Source: Promethearchaeota archaeon (GTDB lineage: Archaea; Asgardarchaeota; Lokiarchaeia; Sigyniarchaeales; SOKP01). Taken from it: 31,235 nucleotides of DNA. Positions 16,861 through 27,161 of the stretch are shown one piece after another. The position numbers and the translations under genes were made by a program. The notes below the pieces were generated by a model, which was not told the DNA's origin, did no database searches, and was given only the letters and a program-made list of their open reading frames with translations. The stretch is taken from positions 1-31,235 of the forward strand of contig RDOE01000042.1 of NCBI GenBank assembly GCA_011364975.1, written 5' to 3'. The first letter of the stretch is position 1, and each line of letters begins with the position of its first letter.

Positions 16861-18351
16861 ATGTCTGCGATAAAGGAACTTTGGAGTTATTTTAATGAAA
16901 TTAAGAAATTAAAATATATTGAAGAACTATTACAATGGGATTTAAATGTTAATATGCCTAAAGGTTCTATCGAAGGAAGGGCTGAACAGCGTGAATTAAT
17001 ACGGGGTTTAATTCACAGAAAAATGAAATCTCAAAAAGTTGGAGAGCTGATAAAGGATGCTGAAAATTCAAATCCTCTTACTCAAACTGATTTAGCACTA
17101 ATTAGAGAAGCCAAAAGAGAACATGACCACGCTAAGAAAATACCAGAAGACTTAATAAGTGAAATTGCTAAAACTGGAGCATTAGGATATATTGAATGGG
17201 AGAAAGCAAGAATTAAGTCTGAATTCTCTAGATTTGAACCTTATCTTGAGAAAATGGTTTCACTACGCACCAAATTTGCTGAGTTTTTAAATACCGGTCC
17301 TACTCCTTATTCAAGCTTAATAGATTTGTTTGAACCTGGAGCAACTTATGAGTGGATTGCAGGAATTTTCAATAAAATGAAAATTAAACTAGTTAAAATT
17401 ATACATAAATTAGTTGATTGCTCTGAAGGTCCAGACCAATCAATATTAAGAAAATACTATGAGACTGAAAAGCAATGGCAATTAAGTCTTGAAATTATTA
17501 AGAAATTGAATTTTAATTTTAATATTGGTCGTCAAGATAAGTCAACTCATCCCTTTACTGCTTCAGTATCTTCAATAGATACTCGAATAACAACTAGAAT
17601 ATGGGAAGACTTTCTTCCCGCTTGCCTCTTTGGAACTATTCATGAATGCGGCCATGCTCTTTATGAAATGGGATTTAATGCCCAATTAAGAGGGACTTAC
17701 CTAGCTGATGGATGTTCTATGGGTATGCATGAATCACAATCACGATTATGGGAAAATATTGTTGGGCGTAGTAGAGAATTTTGGGTATATTGGTATCCTA
17801 TATTACAGAAATTCTTTCCAGAAAATTTGAGAGCTTGTTCATTAGAAGATTTTTACCGTTCGATAAATGTAGTTAAACCTTCATTTATACGAGTAGAAGC
17901 GGATGAAGTTACTTATGGATTACATATTATATTACGCTTTGAATTAGAAAAAATGATGATTGAGGATAATCTTCAAGTAAGTGAATTACCTCAAATATGG
18001 AATACTAAATTTGAAGAATTATTCGGAATTGTACCTCCAAGCGATAAAGAAGGAGTTCTACAAGATCCTCATTGGATTGGAGGATATGGATACTTCCCTA
18101 CTTATGCACTAGGCAATCTTTATGGGGCACAAATTTATCATAGCACATTAAAAGATCTTCCTAATCTGCCTTATGAATATGAAAAAGGAGAATTTTCAAA
18201 TTTATTAAAATATTTGACAGAAAATATTTATCAATATGGCAAAATTTATAGAGCTCCCGAATTACTCGAGAAAATGACGGGAGAAGTGTTAAATCCAGAC
18301 TACTTTATAAAATATGTAGAAAATAAATTTTATCCGATTTATGGCTTATAA
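16861..18351 (+). CDS. Carboxypeptidase M32, copy 2
   Basis: HPF, DTRITTR, HECGHALYE, HESQSR, FIRVEADEVTYGLH, QDPHW and GYFPTY. Confidence 0.95.
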   Translation: MSAIKELWSYFNEIKKLKYIEELLQWDLNVNMPKGSIEGRAEQRELIRGLIHRKMKSQKVGELIKDAENSNPLTQTDLALIREAKREHDHAKKIPEDLISEIAKTGALGYIEWEKARIKSEFSRFEPYLEKMVSLRTKFAEFLNTGPTPYSSLIDLFEPGATYEWIAGIFNKMKIKLVKIIHKLVDCSEGPDQSILRKYYETEKQWQLSLEIIKKLNFNFNIGRQDKSTHPFTASVSSIDTRITTRIWEDFLPACLFGTIHECGHALYEMGFNAQLRGTYLADGCSMGMHESQSRLWENIVGRSREFWVYWYPILQKFFPENLRACSLEDFYRSINVVKPSFIRVEADEVTYGLHIILRFELEKMMIEDNLQVSELPQIWNTKFEELFGIVPPSDKEGVLQDPHWIGGYGYFPTYALGNLYGAQIYHSTLKDLPNLPYEYEKGEFSNLLKYLTENIYQYGKIYRAPELLEKMTGEVLNPDYFIKYVENKFYPIYGL

Positions 18352-18390
18352 TCTTATAAAAATTGATAAATTTAAGAGATTCAATCTAAC

Positions 18391-18972
18391 ATGCTCCTAC
18401 AAGTAAAGAAGTTTTCAGAAAAACTTTTACTTCCATTAGCGAAAAAGATAAAGAAATTTCCTGCTAATTATCTTACAATTTTAAGCTTAATATCTGCTGT
18501 GATTGTATTTTTAGGATTTTTATTAAATTGGATTTTACTTTTCTTAATTTTTTTATTTTTTACGGAATTTTTTGACCAACTTGACGGAATCGTTGCTCGT
18601 CTTCAGGGACCTACAAGATTGGGAGCCTTCTTAGATTCTACTTTAGATAGATTAGGGGATTTTTTTATTTATGTTGGTATAATTTTAGGTGGTTATATTG
18701 ATGTTTATATTGGTTTAATTGTATTAATCGGCTCTTTTATGACTTCCTATACTAGAGCAAAAATAGAAGCATTAGGTCTTAACGAGATGTATGGAATAGG
18801 TTTACTGGAAAGGACAGATCGTATTCCAATTTTATTTATAGGTTCTATTTTTCAATTATTATTTCCTAAGGCAATTTACTGGACAATGATTTTTCTCGCA
18901 TTTGGGACAGTCATTACATCATTACAACGTATAACTTATGCTTATAATAAACTTTCTAAGAGACATGAATAA
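18391..18972 (+). CDS. CDP-alcohol phosphatidyltransferase (archaetidylinositol-phosphate synthase-like)
   Basis: Signature DQLDGIVAR...G..LGAFLDSTLDR, N-terminal ANYLT and several TM helices. SYTRAKIE and GLLERTDR resemble the AIP/PIP synthase subgroup. Confidence 0.9.
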   Translation: MLLQVKKFSEKLLLPLAKKIKKFPANYLTILSLISAVIVFLGFLLNWILLFLIFLFFTEFFDQLDGIVARLQGPTRLGAFLDSTLDRLGDFFIYVGIILGGYIDVYIGLIVLIGSFMTSYTRAKIEALGLNEMYGIGLLERTDRIPILFIGSIFQLLFPKAIYWTMIFLAFGTVITSLQRITYAYNKLSKRHE

Positions 18973-19088
18973 TTTGAGATTGTTATCGTTATTTTTATTG
19001 AAATAACTTGGATTCTTCTTTTCCTTACCTAAGTAATATAACTATATTTATATACTTCTCTTGTTATAATTTAATAAAATATTTCTTA

Positions 19089-20117
19089 ATGCATATAGAT
19101 TTGAACATGATTGTTTCTGAAATCAATATTAAACTAACAATTCTTGGCTACTGGGGTGTCGGAAAAACTTCAATTGTAAACAGTTTTATTGGTAAGAATT
19201 TTCCAGATATGTATATTCCAACAATAGGTTCTAACATACTTAGAAAAGAATACAAATTAGGAGACAATCATATAAGACTTAACATTTGGGATATAGGAGG
19301 TCAAAGATCTTTTAATCCACTGAATCCTGTTTTTTTTAGCAATTTGGATGCCGCATTTTTAGTTTTTGATTTATCGAATCCAAAAGAAACATTTTCAGAA
19401 CTTTATAATACTTACCTAAAAAATCTTGCACAAAATTCTCCAGATTGTTTAATATATGTTATAGGAAGTAAATCAGATTTAATAAAACCTGAAGATTCAG
19501 AAATTCTCTTGAATAATATTCGAAAGCAAGAGATAAAAGATTTTCCCGTAATTTTTGTATCTGCAAAACATCAAGATAATATCTCAGGAGCATTTTCTCT
19601 TATGATATATGACTTCTTAACAAAATTGTTGAAAGAAGAAAACAATAGAGCTCTTGATGGGATAAAAATAGCATTTTTAAAGTCAATTGGAAAAACTGAG
19701 CGTGAATTGAAAGATTTGGTCATAAATTTAGAAGATATCGATTCAAGTACACTTCACAGTAAAATAACACCTACAATCATCAAAAAAGTAGTAAAATCTA
19801 ATGATACAGATTTATTAGGTTTAAGGGAATTCAAAGAAATTAAAGAGTTAAAATCGAGTTATCCAAATATTGAAATCTTAAAAAAAAATATTATGGATGC
19901 TTATGAGAATAATATCATTATCATTACAGATTTAATAAACAATTTAAAAAAAACGCCAATAAATTCACTTATTAAAAATATTGATAAGTCTATTGAAGAT
20001 TTAATGAATTTAAAGAAAGACTTCGATTTAAAATTAAAATCAATGTTAGAGTTAGAGTTAAATGAAGCTAGTTCACAAGAATTTAAAAATTTAACCAAGG
20101 AAAAGAGAAATGCCTAA
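19089..20117 (+). CDS. Rab-like small GTPase with long C-terminal helical/coiled-coil extension
   Basis: G1 GYWGVGKTS, G2 YIPTIG, G3 IWDIGGQ, G4 variant SKSD, G5 SAK. The real start is more likely ATG 19089 or 19107 than the track's TTG 19008, because a TTTATATA box sits at 19047-19054. Confidence 0.88.
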   Translation: MHIDLNMIVSEINIKLTILGYWGVGKTSIVNSFIGKNFPDMYIPTIGSNILRKEYKLGDNHIRLNIWDIGGQRSFNPLNPVFFSNLDAAFLVFDLSNPKETFSELYNTYLKNLAQNSPDCLIYVIGSKSDLIKPEDSEILLNNIRKQEIKDFPVIFVSAKHQDNISGAFSLMIYDFLTKLLKEENNRALDGIKIAFLKSIGKTERELKDLVINLEDIDSSTLHSKITPTIIKKVVKSNDTDLLGLREFKEIKELKSSYPNIEILKKNIMDAYENNIIIITDLINNLKKTPINSLIKNIDKSIEDLMNLKKDFDLKLKSMLELELNEASSQEFKNLTKEKRNA

Positions 20118-20781
20118 AAAAGATAAAATTGAAGAATTTTCAATTAAGGAATTTCAAAAATTAATTGATGAGGTTTATAGGTTAGAATCAGGTTTTTCTA
20201 CATTTCAAGATCTACCGAAAAATATGCAATCCTTGAATGATCAAATTAAAAAAATTAAAGGAAAATTAGATGTTTACAAGGATACCGGTAAAGCAGTACA
20301 GAATTTAACAGAGAAAGTCATAAAAATAAATGAAGATCTCAGTTATATTAAAAAAGAAATCGATCTTATAAAAAAAGATATTATTTTAAGCCAAGAAAGA
20401 ATCGAACAAACCATAAAAACTCAAGAAGAAATAATAATGGATATGATAAATAGATTCAATGAAGAGTTATTAAATCATAAAAACACAGTTTTAGAAGATA
20501 TTCAGAAGCTCAAAACCCAACAAGATGTTTTAAAAATCTCAAATACAGTAAATGATAAAAAATTGATCGCAAAAATGGAAGATATTGTTTTAACAGCTAT
20601 TAATCATAAATTGGAGGGAAAAGAAAATGAAATTCTAATGAAAATTTGGTTAACAGATCTCAAAGAAATTATTCTTAATTTTGAAAAGCTAAAAACTCTA
20701 AAACCTAAAGAATTTAGTATTAAACTTGACGAAATCTCAGAAATTCTTGAGATTTACAAACAAAAACTTCAAAATTATTAA
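20110..20781 (+). CDS. Coiled-coil hypothetical protein
   Basis: 223 aa, heptad-rich throughout. Its start overlaps the GTPase stop by 8 nt (ATGCCTAA). Confidence 0.8.
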   Translation: MPKKDKIEEFSIKEFQKLIDEVYRLESGFSTFQDLPKNMQSLNDQIKKIKGKLDVYKDTGKAVQNLTEKVIKINEDLSYIKKEIDLIKKDIILSQERIEQTIKTQEEIIMDMINRFNEELLNHKNTVLEDIQKLKTQQDVLKISNTVNDKKLIAKMEDIVLTAINHKLEGKENEILMKIWLTDLKEIILNFEKLKTLKPKEFSIKLDEISEILEIYKQKLQNY

Positions 20782-20806
20782 TATAAAAAGTAGAAAAGTA
20801 GAAGTT

Positions 20807-21946
20807 TTACTTTAATTTGGGTGGAGGAATATAAACTTTTCTCACTCCTTTTAATAGTACAATGGCATTCTCTGAACAAAAATGTGCACAAACCCCACAA
20901 CCTATACAGTATTGATCATTGACTTCAGCTTTGTTATTTTCATTTAACTCTATAGCATCAACCGGACATTTTTCTATGCAAGTGCCACATGCTATACATA
21001 ATTCTTCATTTATTTGTGATAAATAATTTGTTGAGTTAATTAATGCCGTTAATCCCATCCTCCACCATTCTAATGTTCCACAACAATCTTTGCAGCAATT
21101 ACAAATGGAGGTTTCTTCTTTAGTAATATCTGAATTAGGATGAAATGCTTTATGTACTAACCCATCTGCTTCAGATAATTTCATTAATTTAAATGCCTCT
21201 CCTTTAGAGATAAGCCTACCAAAACCTTGCTCTGCTACATATTTTGCAGATTTACCGAAAGTAAAACAATTTTCTCTAAGTTTTGTCTGTTTACATGGTT
21301 TTCCTAATATATCTTTATGATGACGACAAAAGCAGTGTCCAACAGCAATATCTTCAAATTTATCTATTAATTCTTCAACTTTTTGAGTGAGAACTATTTG
21401 TTCCTCAGGTACATCTAAGATTTTACCCATTTTTATTTCTATCTCATATCCTTCAACGCTCTTATCTAAAATTGAGAGGGTTCTATCATAAGGACGCATA
21501 TTTTCAAAAATAGGTAATATTGTATCATAGTTGGATTGTATAAAATCACTAACATCATGAAAATATTTTTCAAATAATTCAGCAATTATTTTTTCTTCTT
21601 CAGTATGATTGATTTTTTTCATAAATATGTATTCAAAAGCACCAACCATTAATACAGGCATCAACCTAAAAACCATTACTCCTTTAGAGTTAGGTTGATT
21701 AAAGATAAAGCCTTTTTTAGCTAAAATTTTCACATAATTCAAAATCTCATTTTCCTCTAACTTACTGGATTTTTTTAGCTCTTCCATTGTTTGCGAAGTT
21801 TTGCGTTTAAATGCATCTATAAAAGTTAATTCATCTTCGGTGAGTAAAAGTTGCAAAATCCCAATTAGGGTCTCATTAATTGGAAAGGGTAAGGTTCCTG
21901 CTTTAATAATTGTTCTGGCAGCTTGTTTATAAATATCTTTTGACAT
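20807..21946 (-). CDS. 4Fe-4S dicluster-domain protein with N-terminal HTH-like region
   Basis: C-terminal ferredoxin motifs CIACGTCIEKCP and CIGCGVCAHFC; additional Cys groups CFCRH...C...C and ICNCCKDCC. Confidence 0.88.
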   Translation of the reverse strand: MSKDIYKQAARTIIKAGTLPFPINETLIGILQLLLTEDELTFIDAFKRKTSQTMEELKKSSKLEENEILNYVKILAKKGFIFNQPNSKGVMVFRLMPVLMVGAFEYIFMKKINHTEEEKIIAELFEKYFHDVSDFIQSNYDTILPIFENMRPYDRTLSILDKSVEGYEIEIKMGKILDVPEEQIVLTQKVEELIDKFEDIAVGHCFCRHHKDILGKPCKQTKLRENCFTFGKSAKYVAEQGFGRLISKGEAFKLMKLSEADGLVHKAFHPNSDITKEETSICNCCKDCCGTLEWWRMGLTALINSTNYLSQINEELCIACGTCIEKCPVDAIELNENNKAEVNDQYCIGCGVCAHFCSENAIVLLKGVRKVYIPPPKLK

Positions 21947-22268
21947 TCTAAATAAAATTTAGTATCTACTAAAAATGTTATTTATTCTCTATCTGTTTAA
22001 TCTACAAAAAATTAAACCTATAAATAAATTGATAATTAGAGTTATTATTAGAGAAATACAATAAAATTTTTTGATAAAAATGTGAATATAAATGGAAGAG
22101 ATTCTATTCAATATAGAATTTGACTAATATTTCATAAAATAATCATTTTCTTTTTTTCCTCATAATTATTGGTTAATAAACATGTTAAAAATCGTTTTAA
22201 AACAATTTTTATTAAATTGAAGTGATTATTATTATAAATCCAAAATTTTATTAAATTGAGGGTTATTA

Positions 22269-23591
22269 ATGGTTAATGCATTAGTTATTGGTCATGGAGC
22301 CCGGGAACATGTAATTGGTGAAACCCTATCACGATTCGGAGCAAAATTGCATGCTTTTATGAGTTTTAAGAATGCGGGGCTTGAAGATTTAAGTCAAGGA
22401 AGAATTAAGATCCATTCAGAAACTGATTTTAAAGAAATTATTGACTACTGCAAAGAAAACAATATTGATTTTGTTGTAATTGGACCTGAAGCACCTTTGG
22501 TTGTGGGTATTGTGGATGCTATCGAAAAAAATGGAATTCCATGTGTAGGCCCTAAAATTGAAGCTGCTCAATTAGAAGGATCAAAAATTTTTACTAGAGG
22601 ATTATTACAAAAATATAAAATCAATTCCAATATTCTTAGTAAAAAATTTAATAGTCTTGAAGGAGTCAAAGAATACATTAAAGAGAGGGGGATAGATAAT
22701 ATCGTTGTTAAACCTGATGGTTTAACTGGTGGTAAAGGGGTAAAAGTTTATGGTGATCATCTTTTTTCATTAGAGGACATATTAAATTATTGTAGTGATC
22801 TAGTAAAAGGTAGAAACTCTTTTTTATTAGAAGAAAAATGTGATGGTGAAGAATTTACACTTCAAACATTTGTTGACGGAAAAAACGTTGTTGGGACTCC
22901 TTTAGTGCAGGATCATAAAAGAGCTTATGAGAATGATGAAGGCCCGAATACAGGAGGGATGGGTTCTTATTCAATGGAAGATCATCTAATGCCCTTTATT
23001 TCTAAAAATGATGTAGATGATGCGATAAATGATATGAAAAAAGTTGTTGCTGCAGTGAAAGCAGAAACTGGAGTTGAATATAAAGGATTTTTATATGGCC
23101 AATATATGAAAACAGCAAAGGGGATCAAATTGATCGAGTTCAATGTGCGACTTGGCGATCCTGAAGCTATGAATGTATTACCACTCCTTAAAACAAACTT
23201 TATTGATATTTGCTTAGGAATTATTAATGGAAATTTGAGTTCAAATATCTCCTTCGAAAAGAAAGCCACTGTATGTAAATATTTAGCACCTGAAGGATAC
23301 CCTATAACTCCTAAGAAAGATGCTCCTATAATAGTCAATCGGAACAAGTTAGAGGAAATTGGAGCTAAATATTACTATGCCTCTGTTTATAGAGAAAATG
23401 AAAGAATTTTTACCACAAGTTCAAGAGCAATGGGAATTTTAGGTATTGCCAATGATCTAAAACAAGCCGAGGAAATAGCAGAGAAAGGAGTTAATTGCAT
23501 TGAAGGAGATTTATTTCACAGGAAAGATGTTGGGACTATGAAATTATTACAAAAAAGAATTGATCATATGAACTCGATACTTAACAAGTAA
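22269..23591 (+). CDS. purD: Phosphoribosylamine--glycine ligase (GAR synthetase)
   Basis: LVIGHGAREH, VIGPEAPL, AAQLEGSK, VVKPDGLTGGKGV, QDHKRAYENDEGPNTGGMGS and EFNVRLGDPE. GAGG SD upstream. Confidence 0.97.
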   Translation: MVNALVIGHGAREHVIGETLSRFGAKLHAFMSFKNAGLEDLSQGRIKIHSETDFKEIIDYCKENNIDFVVIGPEAPLVVGIVDAIEKNGIPCVGPKIEAAQLEGSKIFTRGLLQKYKINSNILSKKFNSLEGVKEYIKERGIDNIVVKPDGLTGGKGVKVYGDHLFSLEDILNYCSDLVKGRNSFLLEEKCDGEEFTLQTFVDGKNVVGTPLVQDHKRAYENDEGPNTGGMGSYSMEDHLMPFISKNDVDDAINDMKKVVAAVKAETGVEYKGFLYGQYMKTAKGIKLIEFNVRLGDPEAMNVLPLLKTNFIDICLGIINGNLSSNISFEKKATVCKYLAPEGYPITPKKDAPIIVNRNKLEEIGAKYYYASVYRENERIFTTSSRAMGILGIANDLKQAEEIAEKGVNCIEGDLFHRKDVGTMKLLQKRIDHMNSILNK

Positions 23592-23687
23592 AGGTAGATA
23601 AGAACTTCTTTATCTGATGTTTTGATTATGATTATAAAATATAAAAGTCAGATTCTAATAAAACTACATCTTATTTTTACATGAATT

Positions 23688-24179
23688 ATGGATTGGCAAG
23701 CTAAAAATGCTAAGTTCAACCAATTAATTAAACAAATCTTCCATGATAATGAACCCGAGAATAGAGCTAAGGCAGCTCGACAATTAGGTTTCTTAAAAGA
23801 TGGAAGAGCCGTTAACTTATTATGTCGTGCTCTAAAAACAGAAAATGAAGCTTTAGTAATTAATCGCATTATTGAAGCACTGGGTTTGATAGGAGATGGA
23901 CGAGCAACTTTGGGAATAATTGAAAAGCTAAATGAAGAAACAAAAAACCCTGAGATTGGTTATGATAAATTGAGATTAACTTATATCCTAGAAAGTTTAA
24001 AAAGAATCAAAGATAAAAGGGCATTGCCTGCAATTAGTATATTTCTTAATACTTCTGATGATCGGTTGAAAATTTTAACTCAACAAGTTTTTGATGCAAT
24101 CGAACCGAATTGGCGTCAAATTATTGAAGAACAACAAAGAAAAAAATCTATCGAAGAGATTTTTAACTCTAAAATATAA
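23688..24179 (+). CDS. HEAT (PBS-lyase-type) repeat protein
   Basis: RAKAARQLGFLKDGRAVNLLCRAL; IIEALGLIGDGRA; ILESLKRIKDKRALPAI. Confidence 0.88.
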   Translation: MDWQAKNAKFNQLIKQIFHDNEPENRAKAARQLGFLKDGRAVNLLCRALKTENEALVINRIIEALGLIGDGRATLGIIEKLNEETKNPEIGYDKLRLTYILESLKRIKDKRALPAISIFLNTSDDRLKILTQQVFDAIEPNWRQIIEEQQRKKSIEEIFNSKI

Positions 24180-24305
24180 AATTCTTAATTATCAAGTAAA
24201 GCAAAACCTTTCCGATAACGTAAATAATTAAAGTTAATACAATTATCTTCTATTTTGTAACATAATTAAAATAACTCCCATAGAACTAATTCTAGAGGAA
24301 TAAAA

Positions 24306-27161
24306 ATGTCATCAAGTTCTAACCTTAATTATAATATAGCTAATATATTTACCGAAAATTATGATGGATTAATTTATGTTTTAAATTCTGAATTTAAGTG
24401 TGAATATGTTAATGAGCGAATACACAATGAGAAATTAGGGTATTCATTATCAACAAAAATGATTCATGATGTTATTCATTATGCGGATTTGAAACGTGGA
24501 ACTAAATTTTTGACTGAAGTATTAAAATACGGGAAAGGATCAGAAAAATTAAGAATAAAACAATATAACAATTATGCTTTTTTTAGGTTTAATGGAACTA
24601 AATTTCTTGATAAAGACCATAACACTAAAATACTCCTAATTGGCACTGATATCTCGCCTTATATAGAATTAGAAGATGAGTGGGCTGAAAGAGAGAAAAA
24701 TTTAAGAAAATTAGCAGAATCCATGCCCGAAATTAGATTTTGGAAATTACTTCAAACAAAGAGCGAAAAAACATCATTTCAAAAATCTAGGGAGATGCTT
24801 GATTTGGTTATTGATAATATTCCCCATTTTGTTTATTGGAAAAACAAGAATTTCGATTATGTAGGTTGTAATGAGAATTATGCTTTGATCAATAATTTAG
24901 AGGATCCATGTTATATTATAGGAAAGTCTGATCAACAACTTCCTTGGACAAAATTAAATTATCAAAAATTATATGAATCAGAAAAAAAGGTAATGGAAAC
25001 TAATAAAAGTGAAGAAAAGATTGAATCTTGGGAGACCCCCAATGGTGATATTGAATATTACGAAATAAATAGGATTCCTTTACAGAATTTAAACCAGAAT
25101 GTAGTTGGTATTCTTTGTACTTATAATAATATAACTAATCGAATAGTTGCTGAACAAAAGCTAAAAGCATCTGAAAAAAAATATCGGAGTATATTAGAAA
25201 ATATCAAAGAGGGATACTTTGAGGTAGATTTAAGAGGCAATATTACGTTTTGTAATGACTATTTATCTGAAATAATGGGATACCCTAAAAATGAGTTGCT
25301 AAGCAAAAATTATAAATTTTTAACGGATGGTGAAAACCAAAAGAAAATTTTTGAAGTGTTTAATCAAGTATTTATCACTGGAGAAAGCATAAGATATTTT
25401 CAATTTGAGTTTTTTGACAATAAAAGTAATAAAGTCATTGCTGAAACGTCTGTAAATTTAAAATATAATCAGTTAGGCGAAATTAGCGGGTTTTATGGGA
25501 TTATTCACGATGTTACAGAAAAGTATCATCTAGAGCAACAATTAAAGTCATCCATTTTAAAATTGCAGAAATCTGAAGAGGAATTGCTAATTTTAAATAA
25601 GAAGCTAGAACAAATGGTACTTGAAAGAACAAAAGAGTTAGGAGAATCTGAAGAAAAATTTAGAAATATTGCTGAACAAACTTCTTTAGGTATCGCAATA
25701 TTACAAAATGGATATGTAGTTTATACTAACCAAGCTTTAGCTGATATAGCAGGTTATTCAAGTCAAGAAATAAATTATTGGTCTCAGAATAAGTTTGCTA
25801 GTAAAATCCATCCTGATGATCTCCCTAATGTTTTAGAACAATTACGTAGAAAGTTAAACGGAGAAAAAGACTTAGTATCTCATTATTCATGCAGGATTTT
25901 AACGAAATCAAAAAAATATAAGTGGATTGATTTGCATTCAAAAGCAATTACTTTTAAAGGAGAATTTGCCGATCTTATAACATTTATCGATATTACTGAT
26001 AAAAAAGAGGCGGAACAAAAACTTTTAGAGTCTGAAGAAAAATTTCGCCATCTATATCAAAATTCACCGTATGGAATCGCACTGATTAATTTGAATGGTA
26101 CCATAATCGATATTAATTCTACCATACCTCTTTTATTTGGATATACCAAAGAAGATTTAATTGGGAGTAATTATCTTAATCTTATAGGGCTCTATCCTAA
26201 AGAAACGAAGTATGCGATAAGACCGATTAACCAATTAATGGCCAAGAGTAATAAAAAAGAAGATTTTTATAAACCCCAAATTACCCAAATCTTAAAAAAA
26301 GATGGCTCAAAAGCGTGGATCGAGTCTGAAATTTCTGTAATAAATGTAGGAGTGGAAAAATTAATACAAGCAATTATACAGGATATCACAGAAAAAAAAA
26401 TAGCTGAAGAAAAACTTAGAGAATCTGAAAAACTATTACGTCAACAAAATGTAGAATTAAAGGAACTTGATAGATTAAAAACTGATTTTATCAGTATTGC
26501 TGCTCATGAATTGAAGACACCACTTATTTCGATTGGGGGATTTATTGATCTAATTCTTCTTCGTGAAAAGGAATTAAAGGAAGAAATTAAAGAAGACTTA
26601 GGGCGAGTATTAAGTAATGTCCATAGATTAGAAGAATATATCAATAAGTTATTAGATATTATGAAAATTGATGCCAAGAAAATGCAGTTAGTCAAGAAAG
26701 ATGAAAAAATTTATAATGTCATCAAAAATTCACTTTTAGAGTTAGATTTTCAAATTTTACAGAAAAATATTAACGTATTTGTGAATGTTCCTCAAAATCT
26801 TGAATTAAAAATTGATTTTTTTAGAATAGGACAAGTTTTTTCAAATATTTTATCTAATGCTGTAAAATATACCTCGGAACAAGGATTCATAGAAATTTCC
26901 TCAATAGAAGAGGAAAATTTTTATATTATTAAAATTAAGGATAATGGAAAAGGCTTAACTCAAGAGGAAAAGCAAAAATTATTTGGTAAATTTGTAACCC
27001 TTGGACAGGGAGCAGATAATTTTTCAACATTTAATAAAGGAAGTGGCTTGGGATTATATATCGCTAAAGGTATAATCGAAGCTCATGGTGGTAAAATTTG
27101 GGTACAATCAGATGGAATTGGAAAAGGAACAGAATTTAGCTTTACTCTACCGAAAGAATAG
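24306..27161 (+). CDS. Soluble multi-PAS sensor histidine kinase
   Basis: Five PAS/PAC units ending in TDIS, NNIT, HDVT, IDIT and QDIT. H-box AAHELKTPL, N-box NILSNAVKY, DNGKG and GSGLGL. No TM segment. GAGG SD upstream; TAG stop. Confidence 0.95.
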   Translation: MSSSSNLNYNIANIFTENYDGLIYVLNSEFKCEYVNERIHNEKLGYSLSTKMIHDVIHYADLKRGTKFLTEVLKYGKGSEKLRIKQYNNYAFFRFNGTKFLDKDHNTKILLIGTDISPYIELEDEWAEREKNLRKLAESMPEIRFWKLLQTKSEKTSFQKSREMLDLVIDNIPHFVYWKNKNFDYVGCNENYALINNLEDPCYIIGKSDQQLPWTKLNYQKLYESEKKVMETNKSEEKIESWETPNGDIEYYEINRIPLQNLNQNVVGILCTYNNITNRIVAEQKLKASEKKYRSILENIKEGYFEVDLRGNITFCNDYLSEIMGYPKNELLSKNYKFLTDGENQKKIFEVFNQVFITGESIRYFQFEFFDNKSNKVIAETSVNLKYNQLGEISGFYGIIHDVTEKYHLEQQLKSSILKLQKSEEELLILNKKLEQMVLERTKELGESEEKFRNIAEQTSLGIAILQNGYVVYTNQALADIAGYSSQEINYWSQNKFASKIHPDDLPNVLEQLRRKLNGEKDLVSHYSCRILTKSKKYKWIDLHSKAITFKGEFADLITFIDITDKKEAEQKLLESEEKFRHLYQNSPYGIALINLNGTIIDINSTIPLLFGYTKEDLIGSNYLNLIGLYPKETKYAIRPINQLMAKSNKKEDFYKPQITQILKKDGSKAWIESEISVINVGVEKLIQAIIQDITEKKIAEEKLRESEKLLRQQNVELKELDRLKTDFISIAAHELKTPLISIGGFIDLILLREKELKEEIKEDLGRVLSNVHRLEEYINKLLDIMKIDAKKMQLVKKDEKIYNVIKNSLLELDFQILQKNINVFVNVPQNLELKIDFFRIGQVFSNILSNAVKYTSEQGFIEISSIEEENFYIIKIKDNGKGLTQEEKQKLFGKFVTLGQGADNFSTFNKGSGLGLYIAKGIIEAHGGKIWVQSDGIGKGTEFSFTLPKE

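Noticed and set aside
19008-19088. 27-aa hydrophobic N-terminal extension of the Rab-like GTPase (possible membrane anchor)
   Set aside because: It starts at a TTG without SD, spans AT-rich promoter-like sequence with a TATA-like box, and its hydrophobicity follows from base composition.
19901-20098. 65-aa - strand ORF
   Set aside because: Antisense shadow of the GTPase tail.
20787-20803. Short tandem AAAAGTAG-AAAAGTAG between convergent stops
   Set aside because: Only two copies of a low-complexity 8-mer; at most part of a T-rich terminator for the minus-strand gene.
20807-21946. Possible selenocysteine (TGA) recoding in the Cys-rich Fe-S protein
   Set aside because: The frame is uninterrupted and ends in TAA; no in-frame TGA.
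7095-22200. Similar AAAATCGTTT-type words in intergenic DNA (about 7097-7110 reverse; about 22186-22200)
   Set aside because: Short, low-complexity matches in very AT-rich DNA with no consistent position relative to starts.
22982-23347. 121-aa - strand ORF
   Set aside because: Antisense to purD.
23648-23869. 73-aa - strand ORF
   Set aside because: Antisense to the HEAT-repeat gene.
26504-26695. 63-aa - strand ORF
   Set aside because: Antisense to the histidine kinase.
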